Source: Vermamoeba vermiformis (taxonomy: Eukaryota). Taken from it: a stretch of 64,000 nt of DNA. Each line of letters starts with the position of its first letter. Position 1 is the first letter of the stretch. Under the pieces are notes generated by a model. The model made no database searches, was not told the origin of the DNA, and was given only the letters and a program-made list of their open reading frames with translations. The stretch lies in contig JBEWZL010000239.1 of NCBI GenBank assembly GCA_045837725.1, forward strand, positions 434,001 to 498,000. The letters run 5' to 3'. This document shows positions 24,487-35,681 of the stretch, piece by piece. Made by a program: the position numbers and the translations under genes.

Positions 24487-27443
24487 ATGGCAGATCAGAT
24501 CACCATTTTTTCGATTCCTTTGCTCCTATGGAAACAAATAATAGTGCGTTGGTACAAACGCTTAGCAGTACTTAATTTACGTACGCCTAAATATAATGAA
24601 GCGCTCCTTCGGCCATTTTTTGCTTTGAAAAACGTATCCAAACAACTCAATCAACAATTTGACGACAATTTTTTCCTTGAAACAATTTGTAAATATAAAT
24701 TACGTAAGTATCCCGCATAATTATTTAAAATGATTTTTAATAAACCGAATAATTAATTTTAATTCCAATTTTTATTCACAACTCGTTGTAGGAGGCGTTA
24801 AATCGGTCTATATACGAAAAAGAATTTATCATATAATTGAATATGGAAGCTATTCACAATTGGAGGCTTGTAAGTATTTCAAACTGTTTAACTATCACGC
24901 CACATCCGATTCTAATCATCGCTGTAGTCCTACTTTTGGGCAAGAAGTACGGTGTTATTCCCTCAATCTTTAATGTGCTCCAAGAATCCCTGCCTTTGGT
25001 GGCTGAATGCTCCGATCCAGCTTTTATGCGATCGTTCCTTAAAACCGAAGTTAGAGTTTATTCGAAGAATATTAAGCCGAATTTTGATATACGAGTGATA
25101 ATTACAGCAATTAGATGTGCAAATGAACGTTCAGATAATGAAATGACCCTCGCTTTGTTATCGCATTTGAGACCGGATTGCAGAAATTCTAAAAGCTCCA
25201 CCAATGATGTAAGTATAGCACAAATATGAACACTAGTAATAATACGTCATATAGCGATTGAAGGAAGCACTTAAAGCCGGAAAAAAGCTCAATTTTGACA
25301 ACGTCATTGGATTTGACGAAATGTTTGCCCGAGAACCGACTGACGATATGCTTCTGGCACTAATAGGTAGATATAAATACGATCATATTAATCATATCTA
25401 AACTTATCTTCTTAGAAGGCCAATCTCGTGCGATGAAGCTGGTTTTTCCTGAGGGTAAAGTTCCATCCGAATAATAATTCGAAGAGCTAACGGTTTTTTC
25501 AAAGGAAATTTGCTGCGTCTAAACTGCGTGCCATCAAAACACTATTTCAACCGAGAAATGTGCAATTTTTACATGAAGAAGAGTCCCCAAGGCTCCCGAC
25601 GTACAATTGTTTATCGTAATCGAGATAACACGGCACACTATGAAATTTTAATCAATTTCAAGGCCTTGGATGGAAAGTCAATCATTTATAGTTACGAAGA
25701 TAAGGCAACAGATAACTTATACGAACTGATTTTGAAGACGAGTTTGTTCGAGAAAATGTTCGGCGAGTATCCAAGGCACTTTGTTGCGGTCACAAAAGAA
25801 GCGTTGATTTTGCCGTTAGAAGAACAGCCTTGGTTCTTCGGGAACATTTCTGAAGCTGACGTGTTGGCATTTGCTTCAGGTACGTACGGGATCTGATCCG
25901 TGAAAAAATTGAAAAAATATCTACTGACCTATCCACGAATATTACAGAAGCCCCAAATACATCAATATTCTTCACGTATAGTAGAGCGGGTGAAGTATAT
26001 ATGACTTGGACTAAAACAGTTTCGTCAAAAAGAAAATTCAAAGCGGAGGTTGTCACCGATGTTGCGAAACTTTTCCCGAAAGACAAATTTGTTCTAGGCC
26101 TCTATAACGATGCAAAACGTAAAGGCCTTGCCGAGCACTATGCAGTCAAATATGTTTTGGAAGGAAATTTCGAAAAGGCTAGGGAGCTCATAGTCGACAA
26201 CAGTACGTGTAACATCGGTTAATCAAACTCGCATTAATTTTGTGATTTTTGCAGATATGGATTGCAAGATGTTATTTGACAATCCTAATATACTTAGTGT
26301 ATATTTCGAGAATACTCCAAAAGAAAAAATTAACGACGAGATGATTGTATGGCTCATCGAACATGGAGCGCCGTTAGAAAAATCGTAAGCGCATACATTT
26401 TTGGTGTAATAATTGTATTAATATTATGTATTAAATTATATGATAGTCCGCACATGGACCGAAATAACACGCTGTTGGATGCGTTCAAAAAGTGTCAAGA
26501 AAAAACTCTCAAAGTGATGATACAACGGCTAGGCTGTACCGCTGGCACACTTAATGCGATATTTAATAGAAGACCATCATATGACCTATTGAAACTGTGC
26601 TATAATAGTACTCCGTATAACGCAATAGCTATCAATGACACGATTACAAATTTTCTGACAGCGGTCAACGACAAAAAAGTTAAAATCAATACGTACATTA
26701 AGCGAACAATAATTATGATGGCGTGGAAGTACGGAAATTCCGAGAATTATTTCAAATCATTGCCGTTAGAGATTGTGGATCAGATCCTAAGTTATGAAGA
26801 TATCGACGAACCAGCCTATTATGACATGCTATTATTTTTATTAAGGCTGAAAAAATGCGAAGCCAGTCCTTTAAAGACCATTCAATATTGGCACGTCGAT
26901 CACGTGGTACTGTTCGTACCATTTATGTGGATGTACTGGAGCGAATTCAATTCGAATATTGCGCTCGAATTGTTGAAAAATATCAGCACGACATTGCCAG
27001 AGCATTTAATGGGCGATAAATATGGACCCATATTAAGACATTGGTTCAAAAGAATATTAACGTCAGATCGGTTTAAGATGAAATTAGATCTGGATCTGTT
27101 GGCATTATCGCCAATGACGCGATATTGCTTAGACTCGCCTACAGAAGAGGCCTTATCAATGCTTAAACTCATATTGTCCCGCAAAATCACAAACAAATTA
27201 CGATTATTGACGGCTTATAATTTCAGCGGATCTCGCTACTGTCCCGCGACTTGGCTTGCAGTCTATAATGGATATTTACCAACTATACAATATCTATTAG
27301 ACGAAGATTTATTACCGGAAAACATGCCTGACGTAGTAACAGTACCAAAAAAGTTGTCGGATGTGTACAAGCAAGATCCAAAGCTACAATACGTCAAAGA
27401 GTTCATCGAGGGATACCGAGAAAAGAATAAAAAAAAGATGTAA
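24487..27443 (+). CDS. Multidomain protein with F-box-like, SH2-like and ankyrin-like motifs, tandem copy 1
   Basis: IFSIPLLLWKQII...LKNVSKQL; EEQPWFFGNIS; WLIEHGAPL; FKSLPLEIVDQILSY; WLAVYNGYLPTIQYLLD. Multi-exon and colinear with 27620-30605. Confidence 0.72.
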
Positions 27444-27619
27444 TCAATTGTACGAAAGACTGCAGTAAAATGTTACCTCCAAACAAGATCCGGATTTGAT
27501 GTTGCTTGCACAAACGCTAAGACGTGCATTACTTGTTGATAATATTCTTAAAACATAAGTTTGTTGTTTTACGAGTATTAAGAGATCTAAATTAAGAAGT
27601 CTTCATTATTTTAAATCAA

Positions 27620-30605
27620 ATGGAAGAGAAGATCACAATTTATTCGATTCCAGTGCAGTTATGGCAGCGAACATTCGTCCTGTGTTACAATACTTTAGTA
27701 TTACTTAATTTAAGAAGCGCTAGATACTATGACGGTTTATTAAAGCAGTTTTGCGCATTAAAAAGTACATCCAAAAAATTAAATCAACAAATCAAGGACC
27801 AATTCTTCCTCGAAGTAATTTATCGTCACAAATTAAGTAAGTTCTTGCTGCATATTGCAGCAAATAAGTTAAACTAAATAAAATAAATTCGTAAAAATCT
27901 CTTTCATTATTTCTAAACACTTCTCCTACAGAACGGCTTAAGCCCATCTACTCACGCAAGAAAATTCGATATATAATTAAGAACGGCAATTACGCAGATT
28001 ATGAAGCCCGTAAGTCTTGAATGACAGATCGGATCTTTTTAAAAAAGACTAACGTTCCACTATAGTCATACTGTTGGGCAACCAATATAAAAATGCTAGG
28101 GAATCGCTTCGCTATGCGTTAATAAGCAACTTGCCTCTTGCAGCGAAGTACTCAAATCCAGCGTTCATGTCATCTGTTCAAAAACATTTTTGGCTTGTTG
28201 ATATACCAACCCTCAGTAAATGCATTATACTTGCAAATGAACGCGCAGATAATAATGCGATGATGCTATGCTTATGGCCGGAGCTAATGCGTCACAACAA
28301 AAACGTTACGGATGTAGTAAAAAAGGTAAGTTTCTTTTGCTACGGATTAGCGTCCTATATAAAAAACTGATATATATATGTATCATAGAAATTGAATGAT
28401 GCGCTAAAAGCGGGAAGAAAGCTCAATTTTGACAACGTCATTGGATTTGACGCAATGGCTAGTTCTTCTCTGAGCGATGAATTGCTGCTGCAACTATTAG
28501 GTATTAGGCACGATATAATGTAATATTATATTAACGCTATTATCTTAGAGGACCAATCTCCTATGAAGCTGTTCATTCCTGAAGGTACTTAAACAATTCG
28601 ACAGATGCGTTAATTAACGCTTTTTTCCAGGCAAATTATTACATATTAATCGTATAGGATCAAAAAAAGAATTCAAGAAAGGCTACAGCAATTTTTATAA
28701 GCGGAAAAATACGATTATTTATCGAGACAGATCCACTACAAAACACCAAATTTCAATCAACAGTACCATTAATAACGATAGTGATACGAGTACTATAGTA
28801 TATGCTTATGAAGGTGTAGAGACCCATAATCTATACGAACTTATTCTGAGAACGAGTTTGTTCGAACGAATTTTCAGCAGCTATTTGTACCCATTTGTTG
28901 CGGTCACAGATAAGGCCTTAAGCTTGCCGTTGGAAGAACAACCTTGGTTTTTAGGCAATATATCATTAGAGAGGGCCAAAGCATTCGCGTCAGGTACGGA
29001 TCTGATCCGAAAAAAAAATTGAAAAAAATAATTTTTTTATTTTTTAGGCGCGCCCAGTACTTCGATATTTTTCACGTACGGCTATAATGGTGATATATAT
29101 TTTGCATGGACTACAACGACAGAATCGCAGCTGAGACGTACATTCAAACAACGACTTGTTACGGACGACGACATTACGACATATTTTCCTACAGACAAGT
29201 TCATTATTGGCCTTTATAATAATGGAAATCCTATTGCGCTTGCCGAGCACTACGTGTACAAGTATGTGCAGCAAGGAGAATTCGATAAGCTAAAGCACCA
29301 TTGCAGCGTCAACAGTACGTGTCACATCGGTTCAAAAAATTCCACTAATTTTGATTTTTTTTAATTATAGCGATCAATTGGTCCTTACTTGATAGTCCTA
29401 ATTTAATCCAGGAGTATCTCGTGAATAATCCGAATTATTATCAGAAAAAAATGAAAAAAATTAACGATGATTTGATTGTTTGGCTCATCAAGCAAGGCGC
29501 GCCGTTAGAAAAAACGCGGTTCGGACTTTTTAAATTAGAGTACGCACCTTCACTACTATAATATTGATAGTAATAATAATAACTATTCTTGTTATTTAGC
29601 AAGCAATCCGCGTCTCAAACGATAGACAACGCTATCCAAAAATGCCAAGTGAATACGATCAAATTGATTATTGAATCGGTGGACTGTACTTCCGAAATAC
29701 TACAGAAGCTACTTAAAAAAGGATCATATGACTTATTGAAGGCTGGTTATACTAAGCTCAAACAATTCTGCAACGAAAAGTACTGTCCGAATCTTCATGT
29801 TGACGAACTACTAGAAGAAATCGACAATGGAACATTTAAACTCAATACGTACACTAATAGGACATTAATTATGATGGCATGGAAGTACGGAAATTCCGAG
29901 AATTATTTCAAATCATTGCCGCTAGAGATTGTGGATCAGATCCTAAGTTATGAAGATATCGACGAACCAGCCTATTATGACATATTATTATTCCTCTCAA
30001 AGATGTTCGGTTCACCTGTTACATATGGACTTAGATCTTGGACACCTCCTGCCGTGGCATTATTTTTACCATTTTTGGCGAAATATTGGACCCAATATTT
30101 TTTCGATTCATATACAGTTCTCACTATTCTGCGGTACATTACAGAATCTGATATGAAGACCCTGACGCATAAGAGATATGGACCTCTATTCAGACGCTGG
30201 TTCAAAATTCTGCTGATCGCAGTGCTGGATGCGGATCCGAAATTTCCGATTGGCATGTTTCCAATTGGAACATCAGTAGCACCGTTGGTACAATACTGCT
30301 TAGAGTCACATACAGCAGATGCACTAGATATGCTCAAGTTTCTGTTGAAATACGGAATAACAACAAAAGAAAATCTGCGAAGTACCGAAAGATTTTACAA
30401 TTACCACTACTCAGATCCGCCAGCTTGGCTTGCAGTACGCAGCGGATACTTGCCGACAATTAAGTATTTATTGGACGAAGACTTGCTTCCAGAACAGGGT
30501 ATAGAGGAAAAAACATTGTCGGATCTGTACGTCAATAATCCAGAACTACAACACGTCAAAGAGTTCATTGAGCAGTACCGAGAAGACAAGAAAAAAAATA
30601 CGTGA
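27620..30605 (+). CDS. Multidomain protein with F-box-like, SH2-like and ankyrin-like motifs, tandem copy 2
   Basis: Same motifs and intron pattern as copy 1 (EEQPWFLGNISLERA; FKSLPLEIVDQILSY; WLAVRSGYLPTIKYLLD). Confidence 0.72.
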
Positions 30606-30645
30606 ATTGAATTAATTGAAGAATCGAAGTAAAATTCGCATTTAA

Positions 30646-31944
30646 TTACGCTATTGAAGCACTATCGTAGTCTTCTTCGCTAATAACAATGTAAGCGGCG
30701 AAGAAGTAGCCGCCGTAAAACTCTGCTTTGATGGATCTGACCGTTGAGTAGACAGGCGAGAATTAATCTACTTTTATTTCGCGTACAGTCAAGCGGATCC
30801 ATCACTATTTGTCCGTGCACAGCCCTTCTTCATAAAGATATTGCAAGGTGTCTGTATCGGTGCCTTGAATACAGATTTTGTAAAGTGTTCTTGGTGTTGT
30901 TTCGTCACCTCCAAAAAAAATTCGAGATCAGCACCAAAGAACTATCTATTATCGATAATAATATTATAATATTATAATTTGTGATCCGGATCACACTTAA
31001 TTATTATTATGCTGCTTATTATTATTAGATCCGATTACCTTTTTCATAGCCAAATTCGAAACAAAGGTCATAGTAGATCGCGTCCTCTCCATGCACTTCT
31101 TTAACAGCCGAGGTAATGCTAGCAGTGAAGCAGTCGTCGCCGCCGAAGAATTCTTGATGTGGTTGATCAATTACTATATAATTACCAACTTTCTTCCTCA
31201 GTAGTTCTTTTACTTCGACCCACGAGATCTCCCACGAAACGCCTTGCCGGATCCATTCGCTACAACAAAATGCATTAATCGATAATACTATCAGTATCAG
31301 TAATGAAGATTAGATTATAAGAAGCAATATAATTCAACGGTGTTGCATAATAGTTTGACTTACTACGGCAGATCATCTCCAGCAGTCAAATACAGCATAT
31401 CAAATACTCCGTTAAATAGCCAAAGATTATGAGACTTGTAAGTTATATAATTAGTATCGTTTTGCTTTTTGGCAACAGTGTCAGGGGTGGCTAATATTTC
31501 TTGTTGAGTCGTCTTCCTCAGAATGAAGCCAAGAAACGGAAATAATTTGAGACAATCTAAATAAATAATAATTAGAATCCAATGAGATTAAATGTTTTTA
31601 GCGGTAAAGACTCATTAACAAGGAAATATCAACCGTAGTCAGCCTTCAATTTTAAAATCGCTAGAAAATTACTAAAATAAAACATTTAAGGCCTTTCGAA
31701 TGAAATACACGTTTAATATTCGGTAATAATGCTTACCAGGAAAATAGTATTGTTTCCAGGTTTGATCTGACGGTTTGGAATTCGGATCTCTATTTTTTTG
31801 CTCACATTTCGCTTTCCAAATATTACCATCGTCTTGGCTTAATTTTTTGAATAATTTTGATACTTGTGGGATTGATATTGCGAGTACTTTTGGATCACAA
31901 GCAGCTAGGATCAGCTCAATAATTTCCACTGGCAACGCCTCCAT
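30646..31944 (-). CDS. F-box protein, multi-exon
   Basis: MEALPVEIIELILAAC...PQVSKLFKKLSQDDGNIWKAKC; last exon ends SEEDYDSASIA*. Confidence 0.8.
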
Positions 31945-32088
31945 CTGATTTGTATTAAATTGCAACTATATAAGGCAGTGCTTAATATGTTTCCTTGTGT
32001 TGGAGATCAATAGAACAAATAAATAAGTAATTTTTTTTACGCGGCTCAGAAACACAGTAACTTCAAAATTGATTTTATTATGAATATT

Positions 32089-34982
32089 TTAATACAAATC
32101 TTCGTTCAGTAGCTTTCTAGAGACAATTACGCGCATAATTTCGTTAGTTCCTTCGAGGATCTGGTGCACTCTCAAATCTCTCAAGTATCGCTCAATAGGA
32201 TACTCCTTCAAGTAACCGTAGCCTCCTAATAATTGAAGTGCATTATTGACTACATCGAAGCACTTATCAGTGGCAAATTGCTTCGCCATAGCGGCAGCAG
32301 ATGTAGCAGCCGGATCTTTCGCATCCAACAACGAAGCAGCTTGACGAACGAGCAATCTGCTAGCGTGGAGATTAGTTGCCATATCAGCGAGACGGAATTG
32401 AAGCGCTTGTTGTTCTGCGAGGACTTTGCCGAACTGTTTGCGAACCAAGACGTGATCCTTGGCGTACTTGAGGCACGCGTAAGCTCCTCCAACACTGCAA
32501 GCGGCTATATAAATACAATATGATCGTTAGAATAGTATTAGACGGAATGTTATTCTATTTTAGGTTCGAGTTGCGGATGTGATGTTCGTTGTTTTGTACC
32601 GGATGTACTTACCAATATTAATACGACCGCCATCGAGACCAGCCATAGCGAATTTGAATCCTTCACCTTCTTTGCCCAACAAGTTAGCAGCAGGGACCTT
32701 GCAGTCTTCAAAGATAACTGCACGAGTAGGTTGCGAGTTCCAACCGAGCTAGATCCGACAACAATTAGCACTCGATCATACACTAATCCTTAAATAGCAC
32801 TAATATAACGTACCTTGTGCTCTTTCTTGCCAAAGCTCAAGCCAGGAGTACCCTTCTCGATAATGAATGCTGAAATACCCTTCGGTGCTACAAATCACAA
32901 AACGTTAGTCTTTAATCATTGTATATAGGGTACTAATTATTAATATACTGCTTAGTGTAGCTATTTATAATTGAATGTTTTGTCAGTACGCGATCACGTG
33001 ACTGAAAAATAAAATTGATAAAATTATTTGTGGAGACTTACAATCGTCACCAGTACGAGCCATAACGACGTAAACATCGCTATCACCGCCACCACTAATG
33101 AAGGCCTTAGATCCGTTGAGAATATAGTAATCGCCTTGTTTAACTGCTTTCGTGCGCAACGAAGCTGCATCCGATCCGCTACCGGGCTCAGTCAAACAGT
33201 AAGAAGCCAAATGCTATTAAACATATTAATACTGAGCATGCGTATATGATCCTACATACCTCCATAGTGCACAATTTGGGCAAGAATTTTTGGCGTTGTT
33301 CTTCGTTTCCGTATCGATCAATCATACCAGCAACCATGCTAATAAGTACGGTTAATACTACGTATTTGAGGAGACTATGATACGGTGCTTACTTGTGGAT
33401 TGTAATGTAGGCGGTAGTAGATGTGCAAGCTGAGGATAAAGCCTCAAAAATAATCGTCGCATCCAAACGTCCGAGACCACTGCCACCAACATCGTCTTTT
33501 ACGTAGATGCCGCCAAAACCGAGTGCTGCCGCTTCTTTCAATACATCAACTATAAAAAAAGAACATTAGAAAACTGCTTAAGACCCACATCCAGTACGCG
33601 GAAAAAATAAATAATTCTACAGTCGGTAAATTAGCGAGCAAAAAGAGTGATTGCGTAAAGTGCCAACTGATGTCATTCCGAAGAGCGATTTAGTACGAAG
33701 TATTTAGTTTTCAATCGATGCAACAGTGCGATCCTGTCGGTCAAACCTCATTGGATGGCTAATGCACGATCTTACGAATTTAGTTTCGTTTCGAGGCAGC
33801 ACTTTTACTTTAGCACTCTTGTTAATTGCATATACGCTAATATTTGGCTTTTAAACTCAGTTTGAAACGCACGCGGTCTATTTTGGTTTGGAATGCAGTA
33901 TTGAATTCGCATTGAAAAGGTATTATAAAATTAAATTTCTTTAGTAGAATGCATAAAATAATATTAATTCCGCTAACATATCCGCCTCTTCAAGCCAAAT
34001 TAACAATAGAAAATAATAAAATAATTTTCAAAAAAATGATGAGCGAATTAAGCTTGCCGACATATTATTGGTTTGAAAGCCTAAAAAGCAAAAAGGAGTG
34101 ATGAACTATAGTGTGTTATTGCTTAAGTGGCATTGAGAATTATTCTTCAATCGATCCGGCCGCACTGTCTTAGGTGACCAAACTGATCTCTGAATTACGC
34201 TCAAATTTTGTGCAAGCAATTTCAAATATGGTTTATATAGAGTCCGGATTATATTTGTATAGGAACTGATAAAGGATTTGAATTGGTATTGCGGACTGGC
34301 CAGTCACATCCAAGTTTCAATTCTCCTCATCACTCCAAATCTAGTGATATCATTCGCAAGAATATGAGAAGATATTATTATGCCCCTTGGTATAAATGTG
34401 GGAGTAAAACAGATCAATTAACGATATTTTCGCAGATCGACAAAGCGCCAACTATTCTCAGAGAATTTTTTGAGGATTTTCCGCGCGCGTACCAATAATT
34501 TGTTTTAAATGCCAATAAAACGCTTTGTTTCTTATATTATAGTTAATAGAAAGGCTTACCAGGGAATTTTTCGTTCTGATCCCAGTCAGCAGCGAAAGGC
34601 AACATCTTTTCACGAGCAAAATTGAAAGCAATGTCTTGAATTTGTCGTTGTTCCTCAGTCAAGCCGATAGAAGCTATATTTAAAGGGTTAATATACATTG
34701 GCTCATCGACAGAAGGACGAACAAAATAGATCCGTTAGAAAATTCAAAAAATATTCTAAAAATGCTTAAACATTGATTTTATTTTTATTTACTCGTGCAT
34801 TATTCAATTTATATTATGTACTATTTTTACTTACGATCAAATGAGCTGGCATTTCTTTTCGCTGTGATCGTCGTGGATTTTGCAACATTGAGGACAATAT
34901 TAGTCTTTTTGCTTGCGTTGGTTGAGAATACGCTTCTTGATGAGCGTGCAATTGAAGGAATAATATTGACAAGTCGTTGCAT
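32089..34982 (-). CDS. ACAD8: Isobutyryl-CoA dehydrogenase, mitochondrial
   Basis: Presequence [61 protein letters not shown]...[12 protein letters not shown]. Confidence 0.93.
33643..33820 (-). ncRNA. Candidate structured RNA 2 in the ACAD8 intron (family unknown)
   Basis: Closing stems AAGAGTG/CACTCTT and GTAAAAGTGCT/GGCACTTTAC; hairpins ACGAA/TTCGT, CGACAG/CTGTTG, CGATT/AATCG; a C(UUCG)G tetraloop. Confidence 0.55.
34095..34336 (-). ncRNA. Candidate structured RNA 1 in the ACAD8 intron (family unknown)
   Basis: 10-bp closing stem GGAGTGATGA/TCATCACTCC, inner stem GAGAATT/AATTCTC, and several G-U-containing hairpins that pair better on the host strand; followed by TTTTT. Confidence 0.55.
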
Positions 34983-35681
34983 TGCTAGAAAAATATTAGT
35001 AAATTATTTTCGAATTATTTTAATTTACACGGGTAAAATAACGATGGCGTATTCAATAATGTAGGCGGATATTTACGTAGCATTATTTGTTCATTATTAA
35101 AATTATAATTGGAGATGCTGCCGACATCCAGATTTCAATTTGTCGCTACTCAAACAAAATGCGCTCGGTTTTTCTTATTAGCCATAAACTAGCTACTTAC
35201 TTGGAGCAAATATTTATTGAATTAATTGGGTATTTTTTGGTTGGTCTAGTGTTGTTGAACGAAAGGTCACGCTAGCAAAAATGATACGTTTTCATTACGA
35301 ATGATACCGCCTCCACAACCGGTTAATAAGACTCCTCTTATTCTATAGAAGGCATTTCACGTGCCTAGAATTGTTCAAGTGAAACCCGAGCCACATCTTC
35401 AAACGGATATATTACTGACGCGCTCTAGCTGAGCTATAACTCTAATTGTTAAAGCAATAATAAACTATACCAACAGGTATTCATATGCATATTATATGAG
35501 ATAAAAACAGGGTTGAGGTGTAGAGTACATCTGGTTTGTTTATATACATCGGTATTATGAGACACTTCTTTGTTGATTTGTTGCTCATATCATGTCTCAC
35601 TTAATTTACATCGCCAAATATTGTATAAAGCACATAATAAATAACACAGGAGGAAAGATCTTGTAGCACATCCGCGGATCT

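Noticed and set aside
34095-34190. Apparent C/D snoRNA on the + strand (GTGATGA...CTGA)
   Set aside because: It is antisense to the host gene, has no convincing rRNA guide, and the 'box C' is explained as one arm of the 10-bp closing stem of the minus-strand structure.
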